Shown: positions 19,584-28,255 of the stretch, in pieces
Layout of the letters: every line of letters starts with the position of its first letter
Numbering within the stretch: the first letter of the stretch is position 1
From: Candidatus Hermodarchaeota archaeon
Lineage (GTDB): Archaea; Asgardarchaeota; Heimdallarchaeia; Hodarchaeales; Hodarchaeaceae
Reading direction: 5' to 3'
NCBI GenBank assembly: GCA_048886185.1
Contig: JBHLKY010000009.1
Span: 183,130 to 215,129, forward strand
Length of the DNA stretch: 32,000 nt
Made by a program: the position numbers and the translations under genes
Notes under the pieces: generated by a model
Database searches by the model: none
The model's input: only the letters and a program-made list of their open reading frames with translations
Told to the model about the DNA's origin: nothing

Positions 19584-20608
19584 TCATAGAGGACTTTTTC
19601 TAACATTTCGGGGATCGAACGTTCATCAATTGCCATTAAATAGAGTTTAACATTTGCCATTTTTCTTAATTTACCTAATATAGGAGCGGTGAGCTGGAGT
19701 GTCTGTCGTTTAGGAGTGAGGATGATGCGAACATCTTCCATGCGTTTGAGTATAGGCAAAAAATCGATGCCACTTGTGGCTAGGAGGTCGGAAATGATGA
19801 CAAGTGTCTTTTTATAACCAATTTGATGAGAGAACTCTTTCTGTGCTGCTTGTAAAGCAGAAGAGATGTTTGTTTTTCCTCCAGAGCGAATATTAACTAA
19901 TTCTCTAATTATATTTAGTGTGGTTATTTTAGAATCTCTAAATCTCTTGATGAACTCTGGATGACTATCAAATCCAATTAATGCGATGTCTTTGATGTTG
20001 AGCGATAGACTGAATAAAATTGCAGAGAGAATAATGAGTTTCAGATAAATCAACACTGAATGACTTTTATCGATCAATAACATAATAGATTGTAGTTTTC
20101 CTTCTCTTTTATTACAAACAACATGTTGATAAGTAAAGTTAGAGTCCCCTGATAGAAGAAAATTCAAAATTGTACTCTCTACATCCCACGAGTTTCCTGG
20201 AGAATAAGGAATTTTCTTTGGATATTTTGAGCGATCGATTGCATTATATATTCTTTCTGCATGTCTATAAAGCCTTGGAACGAGTTTTTGGAGTAATAAT
20301 TGCTTTTCTTCATAAGAAAGATGTTCCTTGATTTGAAAAAATAAGGAATTCGATTCTAATATAAATTCAGCATGCGTAAAATCCATTTGCAAGGATTCAG
20401 TAACCGCTTTAGGATATAATCCTGCTAAGATCTCAATTGCACGTAAATTCTGAGTATCCATTGCTTGTTGTGCGAATGTTAAGGCAGTTTCTGTGTTTAA
20501 TTTATCTTGTAACTGAAACTCATAGATTTGTTCAAGTAAATAGCTGGAATAATTTACATCATGACTTACTTGCAGCTGAAAGGCGGGATCAATGTCCCGC
20601 CCTAAGAT
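19580..20608 (-). CDS. VWA-domain protein (CoxE-like). Reading frame is open to 20656; proposed to be entered by -1 frameshift from the MoxR gene (the 293-aa ORF from ATG 20461 is the alternative)
   Basis: MIDAS DKSHS, GGKTNISSAL and IISD. I translated the frame upstream of ATG 20461 and found no stop until TAG at 20657-20659. There is no in-frame ATG/GTG/TTG in that stretch and no SD-like motif before ATG 20461. Confidence 0.85.
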   Translation of the reverse strand: MLGRDIDPAFQLQVSHDVNYSSYLLEQIYEFQLQDKLNTETALTFAQQAMDTQNLRAIEILAGLYPKAVTESLQMDFTHAEFILESNSLFFQIKEHLSYEEKQLLLQKLVPRLYRHAERIYNAIDRSKYPKKIPYSPGNSWDVESTILNFLLSGDSNFTYQHVVCNKREGKLQSIMLLIDKSHSVLIYLKLIILSAILFSLSLNIKDIALIGFDSHPEFIKRFRDSKITTLNIIRELVNIRSGGKTNISSALQAAQKEFSHQIGYKKTLVIISDLLATSGIDFLPILKRMEDVRIILTPKRQTLQLTAPILGKLRKMANVKLYLMAIDERSIPEMLEKVLYD

Positions 20609-20614
20609 TTTTTT
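20580..20614 (-). promoter_or_regulatory. Candidate programmed -1 ribosomal frameshift signal (A_AAA_AAA slippery site + 6-nt spacer + stem-loop)
   Basis: Minus strand reads TC[A AAA AAA] TCTTAG GGCGGGA-CATTGA-TCCCGCC TTT. The heptamer is at 20614-20608 in MoxR codon phase. The 7-bp core stem (6 G-C) is at 20601-20582 and extends to 9 bp with G-U/A-U pairs. The -1 frame is the VWA frame. Confidence 0.7.
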
Positions 20615-21456
20615 GAAAAAGAAGGGAAAAAGATTGGCTCCGCAATTTCTAGCAGACTATCCTCAAGAGAATTATTAATATCTGGATGTAACTTCACTTT
20701 ACCCGAGTAAACAGCATATATAGCAGGGAATACAACATCACGAACAAGTGGCCGATTTGACAAGAGTTGAGTCAGTTGGATTGCAGCCCGTACACTTGCA
20801 CCTGTTTCAAAATTAGCTGATGACCGTGTCTGATCTGTAAAGTGAACTATTTTTGTTATTAAATCCTCATCAGAGCAGTTTGTACGTAGTTGGACAATTT
20901 TTCTAGCTTCGTAACCAGATTTATGCTTAAGAGGGATTAAGATGCATCTGTCAAAAAAAGCTTCAGGTAACGGATTTGTACCTATATATTCGATAGGATT
21001 TCGTGCAAATAGAGAATAAAATTCTGCTTTTGCTTTAATATGTCCGAGCTGGGGAACTTCTATTTGTCTCTCATCTAGTGCAGATAAAACACCATTTATG
21101 GATTCACTTGGGGCACGATTGACCTCATTGAAGAAAAATAATCCTCCCTGTTTCATGGCATTTACTAGGGGGCCAGGGATATAGCTTTCTTCCCCAAAAC
21201 CTGTTTTCATGACCAAAGGAGGATCGAACCATCCTCTTAAATGAGTAATTGTAAGGTTCTCATCACCATCCACCCTAAAAAGGGGTCTATTGAGAGCTTT
21301 TGCAATCGTTTTGGCCAATTCAGTTTTCCCTGTCCCAGATTCCCCCTCAATTATTACAGCAATTTGACTATCAATTGCTGCTAAGATTAACTGAATCTCT
21401 TTATCAAGTCCAACCAAATTTTTTTGGCAAGTTCTTAGAAGATCTTCGAGATCCAT
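20602..21456 (-). CDS. MoxR-family AAA+ ATPase (CoxD-like)
   Basis: Walker A GESGTGKT, Walker B variant FFFNE, RNP sensor-1, LPEAFFDR arginine finger and SVRAA sensor-2. Confidence 0.9.
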   Translation of the reverse strand: MDLEDLLRTCQKNLVGLDKEIQLILAAIDSQIAVIIEGESGTGKTELAKTIAKALNRPLFRVDGDENLTITHLRGWFDPPLVMKTGFGEESYIPGPLVNAMKQGGLFFFNEVNRAPSESINGVLSALDERQIEVPQLGHIKAKAEFYSLFARNPIEYIGTNPLPEAFFDRCILIPLKHKSGYEARKIVQLRTNCSDEDLITKIVHFTDQTRSSANFETGASVRAAIQLTQLLSNRPLVRDVVFPAIYAVYSGKVKLHPDINNSLEDSLLEIAEPIFFPSFSKKS

Positions 21457-21486
21457 TATATCATCCCAAGATAAATGGTGAATAAT

Positions 21487-23460
21487 CTAGTCAAGCTCGA
21501 GAAGTGATTTTTTCAGTGTGACTTGTCCTGAATCTTCATTGAACTCGATCCACCCCTCAGTTTCGAGCTCCTTCAACAAGCGTGTAGCAAATACATTTTG
21601 AATTGCGACAGTTTTGGCAAGTTCTTTTAGAGTGGCTTGTTGGATATCCTGAAGTACGAAGAGTATTGCATATTTTGGATTCTTAGCAAGATTGATCCTT
21701 AATGTTTCAACGGCCGTCATCAGATTCGCTGACTTTTCTTCCAACTTCTTCTTTGTATTATTTAAAGTTGAAATTTCATCATCTTTCTCTTTTAACTCAG
21801 TTTCGTTACCTTTTATTCTTTTATCAAGTCTTTCCTTCTCTGCATTAGAATCGTTAAGTTGGGTTCTAAGATCCTTTATTATATCTTCAAACTTATCGTG
21901 TTCACGTAGATTCTCAGCCTGTTTAGATCGGAAATCATCAACTTTATGGGTAATTTCTTCATGCTTTTGTCTCAAAACATCTAGGTCTTTTTGTTTCTCT
22001 TCTAATTCACGATCTTTTGTACCTACTTGAGTCTTAAGATCTAATAGTGATGTTTGCTGCTTTTCGTACTCAATTTTAAGGTTTGCAAAGGATTCTCTTA
22101 ATTCATCTCTATCAGATTCTATTGCATAGATACGTTCTTTTTTACTTTTCAAATCTGTTTCTAAGTCTTTTATCTGAGCTTCTAAAGATCGATTAGTATT
22201 TAGAAGGCTTTCAGTTAAATCTTGAGAATTTTCTAATTTTTCTTGCGCTTCATTTATTTCAGTTAGTTTTTCATTGAATTCTTGTTTTTGGGTTGTAATT
22301 TCTAGAGTCAAAACCTCAAAATCTTGTTTTATCTGTTTATATTCTTGTTTAAGAATAATTAACTGCTCTGAGAGTTGTTTAGATTCTTTCTCGCTCCTTT
22401 CTACTCTAAGAAGTAGTTCTCTATTCTCATCTTCTCTTTTTTCTAGAGCTCGTTGTGTTTCATCTAATTTATTACGAACAACAATCGCTTCTTGGCTTGT
22501 TTCCCCTGAATCTAATAATAAATCCTCATTTTCTTGTTCTAATCTTGATATCTGTTCTCTTAACTGATTTAAGTTGATTTCCATATTCTGAATTTGTTTT
22601 GTCAATTGGTTTATTTTTTCTACCTGCGTCTGTATTTTACCCTCAAAAGCTGTCTTTTGCTCTTCCAACTTGAATCTATGATTATCTTTTAATGTATCAA
22701 TTTCATTTTGAAGGCCATCAATAGTTTCTTTTAGTTTGACATTTTGTTCTGAGTGAGAACTTAGAATTTTTACCTCTGATTTCAAGTTTTCGATTTCAAT
22801 ATTCTTCTCTGATGTTAATGTCTCAATTTCGTTATCCTTATTCCCTAATACTTCTTGAAGCTGCTCTATTTCAAGGCGTGCTGACATTAATGCATTACCA
22901 ACGGTTTCAAAATCAGTTTCCATCTTTTCACGCTCTTGAATAGCTTTTTTTGATTCACGTTGAGCTTCATCAACAGCTTCTTGGAGGCGATTTATGTCCT
23001 CAATTTGTGATGTAACTTTCCCTGAGTCAATTCCAGACTGGTTCTGCAATTCTGCAATTTGTGTTTCTTTCTCTTCCAGTAATATATGCAGATCATCAAT
23101 CTTCATTTCTAAGGCTTCTATTTCGGAGATTTTTTCTTTCAACAATTGATTTTCTTTCTGGAGTTGTTCAAACTCAGTATTTGTAATTAATGTAACCTCT
23201 GAATCAAGTAGCTCGAGGTTATCTACCCCTTTGAGCCCTATTTTCGAGAATTCCGTATGAGCTGCTTTGTTAATAATCTGCATCTTTTGTTTAAGTTTTT
23301 CAACTAAATCTTCTACATCAGCTATTGAATAATATGATTTGGGAAATTGTTGTAGTGTTTTAATCGCAGATTTTGCTTCTGATGATATTTCTTGACTCAG
23401 GCGACGCTCCTGTTGTGCAATATTTTGAATAAAGACAAGTTTGGGGTTCTTGCTTGACAA
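21487..23460 (-). CDS. Long coiled-coil protein with C-terminal winged helix-turn-helix (657 aa)
   Basis: About 500 aa of E/K/Q/L-rich heptad-like sequence with no Walker motifs, ending in PKYAILFVLQDIQQATLKELAKTV...LLKELETEGWIEF (wHTH pattern). Confidence 0.8.
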   Translation of the reverse strand: MSSKNPKLVFIQNIAQQERRLSQEISSEAKSAIKTLQQFPKSYYSIADVEDLVEKLKQKMQIINKAAHTEFSKIGLKGVDNLELLDSEVTLITNTEFEQLQKENQLLKEKISEIEALEMKIDDLHILLEEKETQIAELQNQSGIDSGKVTSQIEDINRLQEAVDEAQRESKKAIQEREKMETDFETVGNALMSARLEIEQLQEVLGNKDNEIETLTSEKNIEIENLKSEVKILSSHSEQNVKLKETIDGLQNEIDTLKDNHRFKLEEQKTAFEGKIQTQVEKINQLTKQIQNMEINLNQLREQISRLEQENEDLLLDSGETSQEAIVVRNKLDETQRALEKREDENRELLLRVERSEKESKQLSEQLIILKQEYKQIKQDFEVLTLEITTQKQEFNEKLTEINEAQEKLENSQDLTESLLNTNRSLEAQIKDLETDLKSKKERIYAIESDRDELRESFANLKIEYEKQQTSLLDLKTQVGTKDRELEEKQKDLDVLRQKHEEITHKVDDFRSKQAENLREHDKFEDIIKDLRTQLNDSNAEKERLDKRIKGNETELKEKDDEISTLNNTKKKLEEKSANLMTAVETLRINLAKNPKYAILFVLQDIQQATLKELAKTVAIQNVFATRLLKELETEGWIEFNEDSGQVTLKKSLLELD

Positions 23461-23583
23461 GCTCTACTACCTTCTTTTAATAATTGAAATATATTGAGGA
23501 TTGGTAATATTCTTGTAAAGTTTTCAACTAAATTGATTCTGGCTATTTGGGGAACAATTTGTATTTGATATATTTAATATGTT

Positions 23584-24186
23584 TTATATGGTAGTTTCCA
23601 TGTCTTTCTCTGAATCTTGGGGTTTTAAATTTTCATTCAGCGAATTTAGCTCCTTTTCGAATTCACGATAACGTCCTTGGTACAAATTTGCTAGAGCTAA
23701 ATCTAAAAGTGACGTTTTACTTTCAGGTTCATAACCTAATATGCTTAATAACTTAAAATTGATTTGTTGAAAGCGTTTCAGTAAATTTGGAAGTTGTTCC
23801 AAGTTCTTATTTACAGCATCAAGCATCTTGAGAGCACTTATCTCACAAGTAGTAAGATTCTGAGTAAATGATTCCACTTGAGGTTGAAGAACGACTCGTA
23901 ACCGATAACGGATCTCATCTTTACTTATCGTGGTTTCTTGAGCCAGAATTTCAGCCCATTCAAGAATTGTCTCAAAATTCCTTAATCCATTCTTCTCCAG
24001 TTTAATCCAGTTTAAAACTGTCTCCAATGCATCCTCAACTGTTGCTAATTGTTTATATAATTCATCACGATCGATTAAAGACTGGTCTTTAAGGAGATTT
24101 AATGAATTGTGTAATTCAGTTAAGTATTTTTGGTAATCCTTTTCTTTTTGTTCATGTGAAGCAGTCATTTTCATCTCTTCTCTCAT
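23584..24186 (-). CDS. Hypothetical helical protein (200 aa)
   Basis: Uninterrupted ORF with amphipathic helical character. No recognised motif. Confidence 0.7.
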   Translation of the reverse strand: MREEMKMTASHEQKEKDYQKYLTELHNSLNLLKDQSLIDRDELYKQLATVEDALETVLNWIKLEKNGLRNFETILEWAEILAQETTISKDEIRYRLRVVLQPQVESFTQNLTTCEISALKMLDAVNKNLEQLPNLLKRFQQINFKLLSILGYEPESKTSLLDLALANLYQGRYREFEKELNSLNENLKPQDSEKDMETTI

Positions 24187-24311
24187 AGAATGTTTAGGAA
24201 ACGGGATAGAGAAAGGCTTTTCTTTTCTAGAGTTAATACAGAGCTAGCAGTTTTAAAGGTATTCTTAAAGGGCCCTCTTCCAACTCATTTTATATTAGAC
24301 ATAAAAGCTTT

Positions 24312-26696
24312 TTAAAGGATTTGAGCTAAAATTAGTGGAATTTGACCAATTGCTATTCCTCCATCACCACAAGGAACTTTTTTGTGTGTAATAGGTTGGG
24401 TAGATCTCCCATATTTAGAAATATGTTGATAAAATTCTGTAAAAATCACACGGTTGTAACAAACTCCTCCTGACATCCCAATTTTCGTAACTCCATGTTT
24501 ATCAGCAAGATCTAAGGCAATTTCTGCAAATTTTCTAGCAATGGCTTTTTCAGCTGCTAACGCTAGCTTTGAAAGATTATTATTTCGTTGAATAGATTCC
24601 CAAAGTTCAAATATTAGATTTGAAGTACAAATCTCAATCATACCATCTGTTTTCAGTCTTGAAGGCAGGTCAAACTCAAAATCGTTTATTTTACCACTTG
24701 CTTTTTCAGCAAACGATTCAAGTTTGATTGCTGGTTCGCCCTCATATGATCGGTTTTTTGCTGCTCCTAAAAGAACGCTAATGGTATCTAAAAGTCGTCC
24801 ACAACTTGAAGTGAAATGAATCCTAGGAGAATCGATAAAATTAAGGTTTTTTTCCAATTGCTTACCTACAATTGGATAATCCGAGGATTGTGGAATCCAT
24901 GATAAAAATGGAATTTCTTGAAACTTTATTGTAATCTCATCAAGAGGGTATTTAGATAAGAGAATACTTAGAAGAATCCTATATGGAGAAGAAATCGCCT
25001 GATCTCCACCTAACATTCGTTGTTTTTCTAGATGAGCTAATCGTTTATACCCAGAAAAGTTACCAAATAGGATTTCTCCACCCCAAATTGTACTATCCTC
25101 ACCATATCCTGTTCCATCTAGCGCTACACAAATGATTTTTTCTTCTGGATCAATTCCAGCATCTAAACCCAACGCACCTAAATGAGCAAAATGGTGTTGA
25201 AACTGAAAAAAAGGAATATTCAGCTCTGATGATAGTTGTTGTCCTCTTTCTGTGGTTAAAAATTGCGGATGAAGGTCACTACCAACTGCATCAATATTGT
25301 TAATTCCTAATAATTCTTTCATATGCTCAATTGTTGAATCAAAGAAATCTAAATTTTCTAAGGTTGTCATATGGCCAATGTGTTGGGTAGGAAAACATCG
25401 GCTACCTATCCCCAAAGCTCCTATATTGTACATTTCTGCTCCTAGTGCTAATACTATTTGATTATTATGAGACCATGGCAATTGGAAGGGTTCAGGAACA
25501 TAACCTCGGCTTCTTCGAATGAGTAAAGGATATTCTGACTTATTTATCATATGAAGTCTCAACACACTATCATCAGCTCGTTGATAGATTTCTCTATCAT
25601 GGAGAAGAAAATAATCTGCAACTGAAGCAAGCTGATGCTGGATTTCATCATTATTAATTAGAATTGGGATATTACTTGGATTTCCTGATGTCATAATGAG
25701 AGCTGGATCGGTAACATTCTCTGTAAGTAAAAAGTGAATACCACTGTATGGGAGTAAAACACCAATATTATGTAAACCAGGTGAAATAAGTGAAGAAAGT
25801 GGAAAATCTTGTTTCTTCTTAAGGAGTAAGATTGGCCGCATAAAGGATTGGAGAAGCATTTCTTCTTTATGTGAAGAAATCGCGAATTCTTCTAGCCTTT
25901 TTATATTGGGAGACATTACTGCAAAAGGTTTGTCTCCACGAGCGCCTTTCCATTGACGTAATTTAAGAATCGGGTCATCATTAGTAGTACAACACGCAAG
26001 GTGAGTACCCCCAATGCCTTTAATAGCGATGATATGGCCTTCATCTATCATTTTTATCATGTCTAGCCAGTAATTTTTGAAATCATTTTGATCCAGAATT
26101 ATATCACCGAATTTATCAGTAAAGTAATAGCGGGGCCCACAGTTCCAACAACAAGTTGTTTGAGCGTGAAATCGTCTATCAGCAGGATTAGTGTATTCTT
26201 TTAAACAATCAGGACATAAGCGAAATTTATCCATCACAGTTCGAGGCCTATCATACGGGAGGGAAGTAATCACTGTATACCGAGGTCCGCAATCGACACA
26301 AGAAGTGAATGGATAATTTATTCGTCGTGGATCAGATTTCATTTCAGTGAGGCATTTTTCACATATTGGCAGATCTGGAGGGATATATGAACCCTCTGTA
26401 CTTCGTGTTAGAGAGCTTGGTGCAATTTCAAACGATTCATATTCGTCTAGACTTGTAATTGGAGGATTAAAATCAATTTTGAAGGTTTCATAATGAGCTA
26501 GTGTTGGTTTATTTGTTTTAAGAGATTTAATGAATTTTTTAATTTGGATTTTTTCTCCTCTGACTTGGATTTCAACACCAGCATCCCCTCGATTTAGAAC
26601 AAAGCCCTTCATTTTATATTTGTGTGCGATATTATAGACAAATGGTCGAAAACCAATTCCTTGAACAACACCACTAATCATTATTCGACAGTACAC
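24312..26696 (-). CDS. hypF: Carbamoyltransferase HypF ([NiFe]-hydrogenase maturation)
   Basis: Acylphosphatase domain GVVQGIGFRPFVY, two zinc fingers (CEKC/CVDCGPRY and CPDC/CWNCGP), KGIGGTHLAC, QHHFAH, DGTGYG and GDGGIAIGQ. Confidence 0.97.
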   Translation of the reverse strand: MYCRIMISGVVQGIGFRPFVYNIAHKYKMKGFVLNRGDAGVEIQVRGEKIQIKKFIKSLKTNKPTLAHYETFKIDFNPPITSLDEYESFEIAPSSLTRSTEGSYIPPDLPICEKCLTEMKSDPRRINYPFTSCVDCGPRYTVITSLPYDRPRTVMDKFRLCPDCLKEYTNPADRRFHAQTTCCWNCGPRYYFTDKFGDIILDQNDFKNYWLDMIKMIDEGHIIAIKGIGGTHLACCTTNDDPILKLRQWKGARGDKPFAVMSPNIKRLEEFAISSHKEEMLLQSFMRPILLLKKKQDFPLSSLISPGLHNIGVLLPYSGIHFLLTENVTDPALIMTSGNPSNIPILINNDEIQHQLASVADYFLLHDREIYQRADDSVLRLHMINKSEYPLLIRRSRGYVPEPFQLPWSHNNQIVLALGAEMYNIGALGIGSRCFPTQHIGHMTTLENLDFFDSTIEHMKELLGINNIDAVGSDLHPQFLTTERGQQLSSELNIPFFQFQHHFAHLGALGLDAGIDPEEKIICVALDGTGYGEDSTIWGGEILFGNFSGYKRLAHLEKQRMLGGDQAISSPYRILLSILLSKYPLDEITIKFQEIPFLSWIPQSSDYPIVGKQLEKNLNFIDSPRIHFTSSCGRLLDTISVLLGAAKNRSYEGEPAIKLESFAEKASGKINDFEFDLPSRLKTDGMIEICTSNLIFELWESIQRNNNLSKLALAAEKAIARKFAEIALDLADKHGVTKIGMSGGVCYNRVIFTEFYQHISKYGRSTQPITHKKVPCGDGGIAIGQIPLILAQIL

Positions 26697-26855
26697 TGAT
26701 TACCCACTTGTTTCAACAAAATGAATCCCTCTTCTTATGTTTAACTTCATTAAGTCTTATTTCCCAATGAGAGGGAAAATTCATACTTTAAGAGGAGTAA
26801 ATCATGAGACACTAAGACAAGGAATGTGATTACACATCCTTCAAAAGTCTTCCAT

Positions 26856-27020
26856 TTACTCCTTTAAGAATAACCAAGAAATGATCAATGAGGCAATAAA
26901 ATCGATAATGAAGACAATAGGATGAGATCCTCAATAGATGCAAATGGAAGAAAGAAAGGGATAGATTAAAACAAAAGTGGAAGAGAAAACAACAGGAACA
27001 TGGAAAGCATTAAGATAATG
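26856..27020 (-). pseudogene. Possible remnant of a membrane protein (EamA/DMT-like ending)
   Basis: One frame reads HYLNAFHVPVVFSSTFVLIYPFLSSICIY*GSHPIVFIIDFIASLIISWLFLKE*. It is hydrophobic, has an internal TGA and has no start. Confidence 0.25.
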
Positions 27021-27022
27021 GT

Positions 27023-27556
27023 TTATTCAAACATAAATTTCTTAGATGTAATGTCAGAGATTTTGATTTGAACAGTTCCATCTGTCACTGTTATAGGCAA
27101 ATAACTTGGCCAACAACCACCTTGAATATTGTCGGTTCCAATACTATTAATGTTGAACTGTTTTCCACAATTGTTACATACCATAACCGCATTATTTTGT
27201 CGATACCCCTTTTTCTCTGCAAAACACACATCGCAGGCATCGAAAGCAATATGAACATTATTGTCAGAGCCAATTACAGCAAAATAAGCAATTTTCACAC
27301 TTTCAGTTTGATAATTGTAAAATTTAGCATTATTATTTAAATTCGATATTGATAATACAACATTATCACCCTCTTTTTTTGGTAGTAAGAATTTAGTACT
27401 AGAGGTATTATTTTCCTGCAAAATTATAATAGCAGCAAAACCAACTATTGAGACAATTACAATTACCATAAGCATATTCCAGTTTTGATCTTCCCCTTTT
27501 CTCATAAGTTTTTTAGGTTTTGATCTATAAGATTTATTCTTCGTCTTTTTTATCAA
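27023..27556 (-). CDS. DUF2318-like membrane-anchored Fe-S/Cys-motif protein
   Basis: Single N-terminal TM, then AFDACDVC...GY.Q....VCNNCG...GGCWP. Confidence 0.85.
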   Translation of the reverse strand: MIKKTKNKSYRSKPKKLMRKGEDQNWNMLMVIVIVSIVGFAAIIILQENNTSSTKFLLPKKEGDNVVLSISNLNNNAKFYNYQTESVKIAYFAVIGSDNNVHIAFDACDVCFAEKKGYRQNNAVMVCNNCGKQFNINSIGTDNIQGGCWPSYLPITVTDGTVQIKISDITSKKFMFE

Positions 27557-27568
27557 TCTCTTTCACCT

Positions 27569-28255
27569 TTAGTTAACATTATTTTGTACAGAAACATCGT
27601 TGATTACTTTTCCATCGACCATTTGTAGGATCTGTTTGCCTTGTTTAGCTATATCCATGTTATGAGTTACTAAGAGAATTGTATGTCCCTCTTCGTTCAG
27701 ATTGTGAATTAGATCCATTATAATCTGACCATTTTTCTGATCTAGATTTCCAGTTGGTTCATCAGCTACAAGAATTCGTGGTTCATTAATCAAAGCACGG
27801 GCGATGCAAACACGTTGCTGTTCTCCACCAGACAATTTAGATGGTTTATGGGCTAAGCGGTCTTCTAAGCCGACTTTAGTTAATGTTTTGATCGCTTTAT
27901 CTTCGTCTACAATACTATTATGATAATACATAGCAATCATGACATTTTCTAAAGCAGTTAAGTATGGGATGAGATAATGTTGTTGGAAGATCAGTCCAAT
28001 CATCTCTCTTCTGAATCGGGTCAATTGGTTTTGGTCCAATGTTGTTATATTTATTCCGTTTATCATGACTGACCCCTCAGAAGGTTTATCTAGGCAACCG
28101 ATCATGTTCAGAAGAGTTGTTTTTCCAGAACCAGATGGTCCTACCAATGAAACCCACTCACCTTCCTCAATAGTGATGTTTACATTGTTTAGAGCACAAA
28201 TAATTCTATCATATACCTTGGTCAGATTATGTGTTTGGATGTATCCTGGTTGCAT
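27569..28255 (-). CDS. ABC transporter ATP-binding protein (MacB/LolD type)
   Basis: Walker A GPSGSGKT, signature LSGGEQQRV, Walker B LVADEPT and H-loop VTHN. Confidence 0.95.
   Translation of the reverse strand: MQPGYIQTHNLTKVYDRIICALNNVNITIEEGEWVSLVGPSGSGKTTLLNMIGCLDKPSEGSVMINGINITTLDQNQLTRFRREMIGLIFQQHYLIPYLTALENVMIAMYYHNSIVDEDKAIKTLTKVGLEDRLAHKPSKLSGGEQQRVCIARALINEPRILVADEPTGNLDQKNGQIIMDLIHNLNEEGHTILLVTHNMDIAKQGKQILQMVDGKVINDVSVQNNVN

Noticed and set aside
20566-20604. UAG readthrough (pyrrolysine-like) at the MoxR stop, prompted by the adjacent hairpin
   Set aside because: In-frame readthrough adds only 11 codons before TAA (20568-20566) and does not reach the VWA frame. Only the -1 frame connects.
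21487-23460. Coiled-coil protein as SMC/Rad50
   Set aside because: No Walker A/B, signature motif, hinge or zinc-hook CxxC is visible.
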